Shown here: in pieces, positions 1 to 7,841 of the stretch
How positions within the stretch are numbered: the first letter of the stretch is position 1
How the letters are laid out: each line of letters begins with the position of its first letter
NCBI GenBank assembly: GCA_963708835.1
Contig: CAVPUB010000002.1
Location: 216,512 to 280,511 of the forward strand
From: an uncultured Actinomycetota bacterium
Lineage (GTDB): Bacteria > Actinomycetota > Thermoleophilia > Solirubrobacterales > Solirubrobacteraceae
Direction: 5' to 3'
Length of the DNA stretch: 64,000 nucleotides
The notes under the pieces: generated by a model
Seen by the model: only the letters and a program-made list of their open reading frames with translations
Databases searched by the model: none
Told to the model about the DNA's origin: nothing
Made by a program: the position numbers and the translations under genes

Positions 1-6
1 CGCCCC

Positions 7-786
7 ATGGGAGAACGCACGCAGCACACACCCGGGACGTTCAGCTGGACGGACCTCAACACGACTGACCAGGAAGGCGCCAAGGCCTTCTACGCGGGCC
101 TGTTCGGCTGGGAGATCACCGACATGCCCGCCGGGGAGGACGTCGTCTACTCGATGGCGGCCCTTGACGGCAAATGGGTCGGGGCGATCTCGCCTCAGCC
201 CCAGCAGCAGCGCGACGCGGGAGTCCCGCCCGCGTGGAACTCGTACGTGACCGTCGCCGACGCGGACGCCACCGCGGCCAAGGCCGCCGAGCTCGGCGCG
301 GACGTCCACGCGCCGCCGTTCGACGTCATGGACGCCGGCCGCATGGCGGTCATCCAGGATCCCCAGGGCGCCTGGTTCCTCATCTGGCAGCCCAACCAGC
401 ACCAGGGCGCCCAGCTCGTCAACGCGCCCGGGGCGCTGTGCTGGAACGAGCTCGGCTCGCCGGACATGGACGGCTCGGCCGCCTTCTACGGCGGGCTCTT
501 CGGCTGGACCACGAGCCCGATCGAGGGCGGGGAGATGCCCTACCTGGTCATCAGCAACGGCGACCGCTCCAACGGTGGCATCCGCCCGCCGATGCCGCCC
601 GGCACCCCGCCGTTCTGGATGGTCTATTTCGCCACCGACGACCTCGACGGCACGGTGGCCAAGGTCTCCGAGCTGGGCGGCAACGTCCTGGTCGGCAACA
701 CTGATATCGGCTTCGCCAGGATCGCGGTGGCGCAGGATCCGCAGGGCGCGGTGTTTGCCCTGTACGCGGGGCGCCTCGACGATTGA
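7..786 (+). CDS. VOC/glyoxalase-family protein with two tandem glyoxalase-like domains
   Basis: 259-aa ORF. FYxxLFGW ... DPQGAxF pattern repeated in the N- and C-terminal halves, typical of the vicinal-oxygen-chelate fold. G/C-rich third codon positions. Confidence 0.75.
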   Translation: MGERTQHTPGTFSWTDLNTTDQEGAKAFYAGLFGWEITDMPAGEDVVYSMAALDGKWVGAISPQPQQQRDAGVPPAWNSYVTVADADATAAKAAELGADVHAPPFDVMDAGRMAVIQDPQGAWFLIWQPNQHQGAQLVNAPGALCWNELGSPDMDGSAAFYGGLFGWTTSPIEGGEMPYLVISNGDRSNGGIRPPMPPGTPPFWMVYFATDDLDGTVAKVSELGGNVLVGNTDIGFARIAVAQDPQGAVFALYAGRLDD

Positions 787-859
787 GGCCGGTCTGAAGC
801 GTCGCGCTCGGCCGGGACCGTCCGGCATACTCGGCCGGGTGCCCACGCGCAGGATCACG

Positions 860-1564
860 ATGGTCGCGCTGACGGCGCTCGCGCTCGCCGCCGCCGGGTG
901 CGCGGGTCAGTCGGGGCGCTCGGGCTCCGGTACCACCGCCTCTTCGACCGCCTCCGAGGCGCCGCTTCCGCAGGCGCACCCCCAGGTGGTGCAGCCGGTC
1001 GCGGGCGCGTCGGCCAGGATCGATCCCGCCGCGGCGCCGGCCACCGCGGGGGTCAGCGTCGGACCGGCGTCACCCTCTCTGCCCGAGCCGCTCTCGGTGG
1101 CCGACATCCGCAAGCAGCTGGCCCAGAGCGGAATGACCGCCTCCACCACGCAGGCGACGCTCACGCCCGACGGCCTGGCGGTGGCCCCCATCGACGCGCC
1201 CGCCGCGGTGCAGGCGGTGATCAACGCCGGCAACGAGATCGCGCGCCTGCCCTATCGCTACGGCGGCGGCCACATGACCTTCCAGGACAGCGCGTATGAC
1301 TGCTCGGGCTCGATCAGCTACGTGTTCGCCGCCGCGCACCTGCTCGACCGCACGGTCGTGTCGGGCCAGCTGGAGAACTGGGGCGACCCGGGACCGGGCA
1401 AGTGGATCACCGTCTTTGCCAACGCCGGGCACACGTTCATGTATGTCGCCGGGCTGCGCTTCGACACCGTCGCGCTGGCCGAGACCGGCTCGCGGTGGTC
1501 GGACCGGTCCGCCAACGAACCGGACCTCAAGACCTTTTCGGTGCGTCACCCGCCGGGGCTCTGA
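860..1564 (+). CDS. NlpC/P60 (C40 peptidase)-like lipoprotein
   Basis: Internal ATG at 860 of ORF 575..1564 gives MVALTALALAAAGC (signal peptide plus lipobox). C-terminal YRYGGG..YDCSGSISYVF..GHTFMYV matches the NlpC/P60 Cys/His core. The upstream part of the ORF overlaps gene 1 and is Arg-rich shadow sequence. Confidence 0.7.
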   Translation: MVALTALALAAAGCAGQSGRSGSGTTASSTASEAPLPQAHPQVVQPVAGASARIDPAAAPATAGVSVGPASPSLPEPLSVADIRKQLAQSGMTASTTQATLTPDGLAVAPIDAPAAVQAVINAGNEIARLPYRYGGGHMTFQDSAYDCSGSISYVFAAAHLLDRTVVSGQLENWGDPGPGKWITVFANAGHTFMYVAGLRFDTVALAETGSRWSDRSANEPDLKTFSVRHPPGL

Positions 1565-1654
1565 GCGGTCCCGTCCGGCCTCTGTGCAAGGGGCCTACGC
1601 AGCGCATTTGGCCCGCGAGGCCGTCCGAGGGCGGCTCTATCTTCGACCGCGATC

Positions 1655-2632
1655 ATGCAGGTTCGAGAGCTTCGGGAAGGGAGCCGGGTCGCAGGGGTGC
1701 TCCTGCTGCGGGCCGTCGACGTGCGCCGCCGGCGCGAGGGCGAGGAGTACCTCAAGCTCACGCTGGGCAACCGCACCGGGGTCCTTCCTGCCGTGGTCCT
1801 GGACAACGTCGCCGAAGCGCGCGCGGCGTGTCGCACCGGCACGGTCGTCCACGTGGTCGGCGTGTTCTCGGTCCACCCGACCCACGGCGGTCGGCTCGTG
1901 GTCGAGAGCGTCCGACACGCCGAGCCTGACGAGTACGACCCCGACGTGGTGCTCGACGGGCCCAGCCGGCCGGCCGCCCAGATGGAGGCCGACCTGCGCG
2001 AGCTCGTCGCGACCGTTCAGGACGGCCACCTGCGCGCCCTGCTGGACGGCCTCCTCGGGGAGGACACGCCGACGTGGGGGGCTTTCCGCGACGCCCCGGC
2101 GGCCAAGCACTACCACCAGGCCTACCGGCACGGTCTGCTCGAGCATTCGCTGACCGTCGCCCAGGCCGTGAGCGCCATCTCGGCGACGTTTTCCGGCATC
2201 GACCGCGATGTCGCGGTCACCGGCGCGCTGCTGCACGACATCGGCAAGCTCGACGCCTACGAGCTGCGCGGCGACGCCATCGAGATGTCCGATCAGGGCC
2301 GGCTCTACGGCGAGATCCCCCTCGGCTACTACCGCGTGCGGAGCCTGATCGAGAGCCTCGACGGCTTCCCGCAGCAGACGGCGCAGGCGGTCCTGCACAT
2401 CATCCTCAGCCACCACGGCTCGCTCGAGCACGGCAGCCCGGTCGTCCCCTGCACGCGCGAGGCGACGCTGGTGCACATGGCCGACAACCTCGGCGGCCGG
2501 CTGGGCAGCTTCGATCGGATCGAGAAGGCGCTCCCCGCCGGGGCGCAGTGGTCGCCCTGGGACAAGGGGATCGGGGGCGGTGCCTTTTTCGCCGCGCCGC
2601 TGGCCGCGGCGGAGCAGCGCCGGGCCGCCTGA
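1655..2632 (+). CDS. OB-fold plus HD-domain phosphohydrolase (YhaM/Cbf1-like 3'-5' exoribonuclease family)
   Basis: 325 aa. N-terminal OB-like segment followed by HD signature (HYHQAYRHGLLEHS ... ALLHDIGKLDAY ... SHHG). Confidence 0.7.
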   Translation: MQVRELREGSRVAGVLLLRAVDVRRRREGEEYLKLTLGNRTGVLPAVVLDNVAEARAACRTGTVVHVVGVFSVHPTHGGRLVVESVRHAEPDEYDPDVVLDGPSRPAAQMEADLRELVATVQDGHLRALLDGLLGEDTPTWGAFRDAPAAKHYHQAYRHGLLEHSLTVAQAVSAISATFSGIDRDVAVTGALLHDIGKLDAYELRGDAIEMSDQGRLYGEIPLGYYRVRSLIESLDGFPQQTAQAVLHIILSHHGSLEHGSPVVPCTREATLVHMADNLGGRLGSFDRIEKALPAGAQWSPWDKGIGGGAFFAAPLAAAEQRRAA

Positions 2633-2767
2633 GCGACCCTTCCCGCGGGCCCCTCGACAACCGTTTGGGCACATCTGTGGCGCCCTGCGCCAAAAGTGCG
2701 CAAATTCCGTGTGATGGAGCCCAGGCAGGTTCGTCGCCAGCGGCCCCCGGCTAGAGTTGCTGCGGGG

Positions 2768-4888
2768 ATGGCCAAGGACACCGAGAAACTGATCCGTCAG
2801 CTCTCGTTGATTTCGTACCTGATGGCTGAGCGCCGGCCGGTGACGGCGCCTGAGATCAGGCGCGACGTCGAGGGGTACAGCGTCATGAACGAGGACGCGT
2901 TCGCGCGGCGGTTCTACGCCGATCGCTCCGAGCTGGAGGCCCTGGGCATCGTGCTGGCGGTGGAGAAGCCCGTCGACGGCCTGGTCGAGCAAGAGAACTA
3001 CTCGCTGCCTCCCGAGAACTTCCACCTGCCGCCGATCGCGTTCACCGACAAGGAACTGGCGGCGCTCAACACGGCGCTGCAGCTGCTCGACGGCGAGTTC
3101 GCCTACGCCGAGCCCCTGCGGCTGGCGCTCCAGCAGATCTCGTGGGGGCGGCCCAGCCCGCTGAGCACGCCGGAGCAGAGCACCGTCGCGCTCGGGATCA
3201 CCGGCTCGGCCGGTGGGCACGACGTCTCCCAGCGTCTGGCCAAGATCGAGACCGCCATCTTCCGCCGCAAGACGATCGTCTTCGAGTACCACACGATGGA
3301 GCGCGACGACGTCGGCTCCCGTCGCGTCGACCCCTATCAGCTCCTGTACCAGGGCGGCCAGTTCTACGTGGTCGGCCGTTCCCATGAGCGCAACGCCATC
3401 CGCGTCTTCCGCCTCTCGCGCATCCGGGGCAAGGTCGGCTATGCCACCAAGGCCGAGCACGACTTCCAGCGGCCCGACGACTTCGATCCGCGCGCATACG
3501 CCAACCGCATCGACTGGCAGTTCGGGGATTCCGTCGGGACCGCCGACGTCTGGATCGGCAGCCGTATCGCCTGGCAGATCGAGCGCCACTTCGGCCGTTA
3601 TGGCGAGATCCGCCGTACCGACGATGACGACGTGCTCTTCGTGACGCCGTACGCCAACGTGCGCCAGCTCATCGCGTGGGTGCTCGGCCTGGGTGAGAAC
3701 GCGCGCATCGTGGGCCCCCCGGAGCTCGTCGAGGAGCTGCGCGACCGCGTCGGCCTGCTCGTGGAGCGCCACTCCGGCGAGCCCCAGGTCGCCGACCCCG
3801 TGCCCGCGGCCACCGGCGCCGACGACGACGATGACGCGGCCTCAGCGCGTGCGGCGGAGGCGAGCCGCGGCCGCGGTGCCGGCGAGGGCGAGGACGCCAA
3901 CGGCCACCGCGCCGACGCCGCCATCCGTCCCGAGCGCTTCGCTCGCCTGGTCACGCTGGCCAGCATCCTGATCGACGCCGGCCGTGCCGGCCGCCTGCTC
4001 GTCGCCGCAGAGCTGTGCGCCGCGCTGAAGATCTCAGACCAGGAGCTGCGCGAGGACATCTCGGTCCTCAACGTCGTCAACTTCGGCGCCGGCACGTACG
4101 TGCTCTATGCCGAGATCCACCCCGACGGCTCGATCGAGGTCGATCCCGAGCCCTATGGCGACTCCTTCGCGCGTCCCGCGCGGCTGCTCCCCGTAGAGGC
4201 CAAGGCGCTGATCGCCGCCATCGACCTGATCGGCGAGCACATCCCCGAGGGGTCCCTGACCTCCGTGCGCCAGAAGGTGGTCGACGCGCTGGGCGAGGAT
4301 CCCGTCCACGAGGGCCTGCAGTTCGCCGCGGCGGGCGGGGACAACGTCGAGATCGCCGGCGTGGTCTCCAGTGCGATCGCCAGCCGCCGGATTCTGAGCT
4401 TCGAGTACTACAAGTCCAACGAGGACGAGTTCACCAGCCGCCGGGTCGAGCCCTATGCGCTGATCAACGGCCGCGAGGGCTGGTATCTGGCCAGCTTCGA
4501 CCCCACGCGTGACAGCGTCCGCCACTTCCGCCTTGACCGCATCAAGTCGGCCTCGGTCACCGACGAGTCCTTCGAGGCCCGGCCCGATGTCGACCCGGCC
4601 GCCGACGTCGACGGCTGGCCCAAGACCGGCGAGGTCCCGGCCTCGAGCCGCGCGCGCGTGTGGATCTCCCCCGAGCGCGCCCGCTGGGCCCGCGAGGAGC
4701 GTCACGTGGTGGCCGAACTGCAGGACGGAGCCTTGATCGTGGAGCTCGGCTTCGCCGGCGTCGACTGGCTCGTGCGCGAGACCCTCAAGGAGGCCGGCGA
4801 CGCCGTCGTGCTCGAGCCCGCCGACGCGCGCGAGGCGGTGCGCCACGCCGCCGAGGCCATCGGCGCCGGCGCCCAGCTCGTCTCCTAG
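2768..4888 (+). CDS. pafBC: Fused PafB-PafC-type WYL-domain transcriptional regulator (HTH-WYL-WCX duplicated)
   Basis: ATG at 2768 (MAKDTEKLIRQLSLISYL..). Two consecutive modules, each with an N-terminal wHTH and a WYL core (IVFEYHT..RRVDPYQLLYQGGQFYVVG..RVFRLSRI and ILSFEYYK..RRVEPYALINGREGWYLAS..RHFRLDRI). The modules are joined by an Asp/Ala-rich linker. Confidence 0.8.
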   Translation: MAKDTEKLIRQLSLISYLMAERRPVTAPEIRRDVEGYSVMNEDAFARRFYADRSELEALGIVLAVEKPVDGLVEQENYSLPPENFHLPPIAFTDKELAALNTALQLLDGEFAYAEPLRLALQQISWGRPSPLSTPEQSTVALGITGSAGGHDVSQRLAKIETAIFRRKTIVFEYHTMERDDVGSRRVDPYQLLYQGGQFYVVGRSHERNAIRVFRLSRIRGKVGYATKAEHDFQRPDDFDPRAYANRIDWQFGDSVGTADVWIGSRIAWQIERHFGRYGEIRRTDDDDVLFVTPYANVRQLIAWVLGLGENARIVGPPELVEELRDRVGLLVERHSGEPQVADPVPAATGADDDDDAASARAAEASRGRGAGEGEDANGHRADAAIRPERFARLVTLASILIDAGRAGRLLVAAELCAALKISDQELREDISVLNVVNFGAGTYVLYAEIHPDGSIEVDPEPYGDSFARPARLLPVEAKALIAAIDLIGEHIPEGSLTSVRQKVVDALGEDPVHEGLQFAAAGGDNVEIAGVVSSAIASRRILSFEYYKSNEDEFTSRRVEPYALINGREGWYLASFDPTRDSVRHFRLDRIKSASVTDESFEARPDVDPAADVDGWPKTGEVPASSRARVWISPERARWAREERHVVAELQDGALIVELGFAGVDWLVRETLKEAGDAVVLEPADAREAVRHAAEAIGAGAQLVS

Positions 4889-4940
4889 CTCGCCGCCCCA
4901 CGCCCCGCCAGCCCGCCGCCAGCCCGCCATCCGCTCAAAC

Positions 4941-4960
4941 TAAACTCATTAGTTTACTTG
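4941..4960. repeat. AT-rich 20-nt palindromic element, copy 1 (TAAACTCATTAGTTTACTTG)
   Basis: Read directly. Inverted arms TAAACT/AGTTTA around a 4-nt spacer. Lies 10 nt upstream of the PPOX-like ATG. 19/20 identical to the copy at 6581..6600 and in the same orientation. Confidence 0.9.
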
Positions 4961-4969
4961 GCTAGCGCA

Positions 4970-5431
4970 ATGAGCCGCCGCGACCAGATCCAGATGACCG
5001 AGGCGGAGGTGAGCGCGTTCCTCCAGGAGCAGCGCACGGTCATCTGCGCCACCAATGGGGTGCGCGGGTGGCCCCACCTCATGCCCCTGTGGTTCGTCAT
5101 GCGCGGCGCCGACATCTGGGCCTGGACGTATGCCAAATCCCAGAAGGTCCGCAACCTCGAGCGCGACCCGCGGGCAACCCTGCAGGTCGAGACCGGCGAG
5201 TCCTATGACCAGCTGCGCGGGGTCATGTTCGAGACCATCACGGAGCTGCATCGCGACACCGACGCGGTCGCGGCCCTCGGCGCCGAGATCCTCGCCCGCT
5301 ACGCCGGCGGGGCCAACCCGGTACAGGTCGACGACGCGATCCTCGCCCAGGCGCGCAAGCGCGTGGGCCTGCGCTTCGTCGTCGAGCGCGTGTCCAGCTG
5401 GGATCACCGCAAGCTCGGCGGCACCTACTAG
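4970..5431 (+). CDS. Pyridoxamine-5'-phosphate-oxidase-like (PPOX/F420-dependent split beta-barrel) protein
   Basis: About 153 aa. MSRRDQIQMTEAEVSAFLQEQRTVICATNG..GWPHLMPLWF pattern typical of the PPOX-class family. ATG at 4970; the track start at 4958 is a TTG. Confidence 0.7.
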   Translation: MSRRDQIQMTEAEVSAFLQEQRTVICATNGVRGWPHLMPLWFVMRGADIWAWTYAKSQKVRNLERDPRATLQVETGESYDQLRGVMFETITELHRDTDAVAALGAEILARYAGGANPVQVDDAILAQARKRVGLRFVVERVSSWDHRKLGGTY

Positions 5432-5482
5432 GCCCCCCGGCGCCGACCGGATCCCGCACCACCGACCTGATCGTTAACCATC

Positions 5483-5488
5483 TAGATT
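5483..5488 (+). promoter_or_regulatory. Candidate -10 hexamer TAGATT placed for a leaderless transcript
   Basis: TANNNT hexamer ends 7 nt before ATG 5496. No Shine-Dalgarno sequence in between. Embedded in the AT-rich palindrome ATCTAGAT. Confidence 0.35.
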
Positions 5489-5495
5489 TGCGCAG

Positions 5496-6569
5496 ATGCC
5501 CGCACTCAAGGGCCTGATCCTGTCCGGCGGCAAGGGCACGCGTCTGCGGCCGATCACGCACACGAGCGCCAAGCAGCTCGTCCCCGTCGCCAACCGGCCG
5601 GTGCTGTTCTACGCCATCCAGGCGATGGCAGATGCCGGCATCAGCGAGGTCGGGATCATCATCGCCCCCGAAACCGGCGACGAGATCCGCGAGGTGACCG
5701 GTGACGGCCGGCAGTTCGGGGTGCGGATCACCTACATCGTCCAGGACGAGCCGGCGGGCCTGGCTCACGCCGTGCTCACCGCCGAGCCCTTTCTCGGCGA
5801 CTCGCCGTTTGTCATGTACCTGGGCGACAACCTGCTCCAGGGCGGGATCGGGGACCTGGTGCGCGCGTTCAACGACCATGAGCCCGACGCCCTCATCCTG
5901 CTCACCGAGGTGCCCGACCCCCACAACTACGGCGTGGCCGAGCTCCAGGACGGCGTCGTCGTGCGGCTCGTCGAGAAGCCCAAGGAGCCGCGCACCAACC
6001 TGGCCCTCGTGGGCGTCTACATGTTCACCGCCTCGGTCCACGCCGCCGCCCGGGCGATCTCGCCCTCGGCCCGCGGCGAGCTGGAGATCACCGACGCGAT
6101 CCAGTACCTGGTGGACAAGGGCCGGCGCGTGGACCCGCACATCGTCCAGGGCTGGTGGAAGGACACCGGCCGGCTGGAGGACATGCTGGCCGCCAACCGG
6201 CTGGTCCTGGACACCATCAGCACCCGTGTCGACGGCGAGCTCGTCGACACTCAGATCGACGGCCGCGTCATCGTCGAGGAGGGCGCACGGTTGGAGCGCT
6301 CCTCCGTCCGCGGGCCGGCGATCATCGGCGCCCGCGCCCACCTCACCGATGCCTACATCGGGCCCTACACCGCCGTCGGCGAGGACTGCGTGATCGCCAA
6401 CGCCGAGGTCGAGCACTCGATCCTGCTCGGCGGCTGCCAGGTCCGCGATCTGGACGGGCGCATGGAGTCTTCCCTGCTCGGGCGCAACGTCAAGATCGGT
6501 CGCGGCGACCGCCAGCCGCGCGCCTACCGTTTCATGGTGGGCGACAACTCCGAGATCGGGATCCTCTGA
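5496..6569 (+). CDS. Glucose-1-phosphate thymidylyl/nucleotidyltransferase, long form with C-terminal left-handed beta-helix
   Basis: 357 aa. N-terminal GLILSGGKGTRLRPITHTSAKQLVPV nucleotidyltransferase signature. C-terminal hexapeptide-repeat-like region. Confidence 0.85.
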   Translation: MPALKGLILSGGKGTRLRPITHTSAKQLVPVANRPVLFYAIQAMADAGISEVGIIIAPETGDEIREVTGDGRQFGVRITYIVQDEPAGLAHAVLTAEPFLGDSPFVMYLGDNLLQGGIGDLVRAFNDHEPDALILLTEVPDPHNYGVAELQDGVVVRLVEKPKEPRTNLALVGVYMFTASVHAAARAISPSARGELEITDAIQYLVDKGRRVDPHIVQGWWKDTGRLEDMLAANRLVLDTISTRVDGELVDTQIDGRVIVEEGARLERSSVRGPAIIGARAHLTDAYIGPYTAVGEDCVIANAEVEHSILLGGCQVRDLDGRMESSLLGRNVKIGRGDRQPRAYRFMVGDNSEIGIL

Positions 6570-6580
6570 GCTGACATAAG

Positions 6581-6600
6581 TAAACTTATTAGTTTACTTG
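6581..6600. repeat. AT-rich 20-nt palindromic element, copy 2 (TAAACTTATTAGTTTACTTG)
   Basis: Read directly. With flanks it forms perfect 9-bp arms AAGTAAACT/AGTTTACTT. Lies 11 nt after the nucleotidyltransferase stop and overlaps the TAA stop of the convergent GNAT gene. Confidence 0.9.
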
Positions 6601-7097
6601 TCCACGCGGTCCGGCACGCGACACAGCGGCTTCTCGCCCCAGAACACCGCCACCGGGTTGCCGTTGAAATCGGGGATCTCGGCGTAGCCCTCGTCGCGGT
6701 AGAGCCCCTGGGCATGACCCTGCTTGGGCCCGGTGTCCAGCCGTGCGATCGGATAGCCCAGCCGCCGGGCGGTGTCCTCGAGCTCGCGCAGCAGCGCACG
6801 AGCCACCCCCTGACCGCGTAGCTCGGGGACGACGTACATCTTCTTGATCTCGCACCGCTCGTCGTCGAGGCGCTTGACGCCCCCGCAACAGACCGCGACG
6901 CCGTCGCGATAGCCGACGACGAACGCGCCCCCGGGCGGGCTGAGCTCGGCCGCACCGGCCTTGGGCATGGTGTCGCCGTCGAGATCGAGCCCCTCGTACA
7001 TGACCGCGATCTCGTCGCGCATGGCCTGGGCCAGGCGGCCGCCGTCGCCGTCCTCGACGCTCCCCGGCCGGAATGTGAGCTGCGGGCGGTCCGACAT
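6594..7097 (-). CDS. GNAT-family N-acetyltransferase
   Basis: 167 aa from ATG 7097 (MSDRPQLTF..). Acetyl-CoA binding motif VVPELRGQGVARALL. The rest of ORF 6594..7805 is an out-of-context extension. Confidence 0.8.
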   Translation of the reverse strand: MSDRPQLTFRPGSVEDGDGGRLAQAMRDEIAVMYEGLDLDGDTMPKAGAAELSPPGGAFVVGYRDGVAVCCGGVKRLDDERCEIKKMYVVPELRGQGVARALLRELEDTARRLGYPIARLDTGPKQGHAQGLYRDEGYAEIPDFNGNPVAVFWGEKPLCRVPDRVDK

Positions 7098-7107
7098 GAC
7101 CCGGCGG

Positions 7108-7827
7108 CTACTCCAGCAGGTCGGCCAGCCGCGACTTGAGGTCGGCCACCTCGGCCTCCAGCACCGCCACCCGCGCTTCCAGTGCGCCGTTGTCGTGCGC
7201 GGCCGTCGCCGCGAACCCGCGGCCGGCAGCCGGCTCGTCGTAGCTGCGTTCGCTGACCTCGCGCGCGCCCGCCGGCGCGACGGGCTCGTCGAAGCCGCCC
7301 ACGGCGATCGGCGGCGCAGCGCTCGCCTCACTCGCGTCGCCGCCCAGCAGCTGTCGGAAGCGGTCCTCCTTCTGCCCGGGCCGGCGGCCCAAGCGCTCGA
7401 CGTACCCCTTGTCGGCCAACTCGCCGAGCACGCGCTCGACGTCGCCCAGCGACGTGAGATGAGCCATCCGGTCGCTGCGCGTCTTGAGCTCGCCGGGCGT
7501 CTGAGGGCCGCGCAGCAGCAGCACGCACAGCACCGCCAGCTGCTCGCGGTCCAGCCCCAGCCCCTCCTCGGCGAGGTGGCGGTACTTGGTGGCGCGCGAC
7601 CCGGCGCCGCTGGCCAGGCGGGCCAGACCGTACTTCGACAGGCGCTGGGCGGCGTCGCGGACCTGCCCGTCCTCATAGGCGGTGACGGGGTCGCGGTTGG
7701 TCGCCTGGTTGCACGCCAGCCGCAGCGCGTTGAGCGAGAGCGGGTACTGGTCGGGGGTGGTCCAGCGCTTTTCGATGAGGCAGCCGAGGACGCGCTGCTC
7801 GACATCGGTCAGCTCGGCGAAGTGCAC
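7108..7827 (-). CDS. DUF480 (YceH-like) protein
   Basis: GTG at 7827 (VHFAELTDVEQRVLGCLIEKRWTTPDQYPLSLNAL..), matching the conserved DUF480 N-terminus. C-terminal coiled-coil LEARVAVLEAEVADLKSRL. Confidence 0.7.
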   Translation of the reverse strand: MHFAELTDVEQRVLGCLIEKRWTTPDQYPLSLNALRLACNQATNRDPVTAYEDGQVRDAAQRLSKYGLARLASGAGSRATKYRHLAEEGLGLDREQLAVLCVLLLRGPQTPGELKTRSDRMAHLTSLGDVERVLGELADKGYVERLGRRPGQKEDRFRQLLGGDASEASAAPPIAVGGFDEPVAPAGAREVSERSYDEPAAGRGFAATAAHDNGALEARVAVLEAEVADLKSRLADLLE

Positions 7828-7841
7828 GGCGCGAGCATAGA

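Noticed and set aside
575-859. N-terminal 95-aa extension of the NlpC/P60 ORF, and similar long 5' extensions of ORFs 22795..25983, 29409..30665, 34033..35142, 52910..55075 and 6594..7805
   Set aside because: The extensions overlap upstream genes or are Arg-rich with no family similarity. Internal starts give canonical N-termini, signal peptides or 4-nt coupled overlaps.
2633-2767. Search for a PafBC/RecA-NDp-type promoter (TTGTCRGTG-N8-TANNNT) upstream of pafBC
   Set aside because: Only a loose resemblance was found (TTCGTCGCC ... TAGAGT) and the spacing is wrong (13 nt rather than 8), so it is not reported as a site.
1637-3772. 711-aa minus-strand ORF spanning the HD-domain and PafBC genes
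   Set aside because: It is antisense to two genes with clear family motifs. The translation is Arg/Gly/Ala/Pro/Asp-rich with no recognisable domains. This is the typical shadow ORF of a high-GC genome, where stop codons are rare in all frames.
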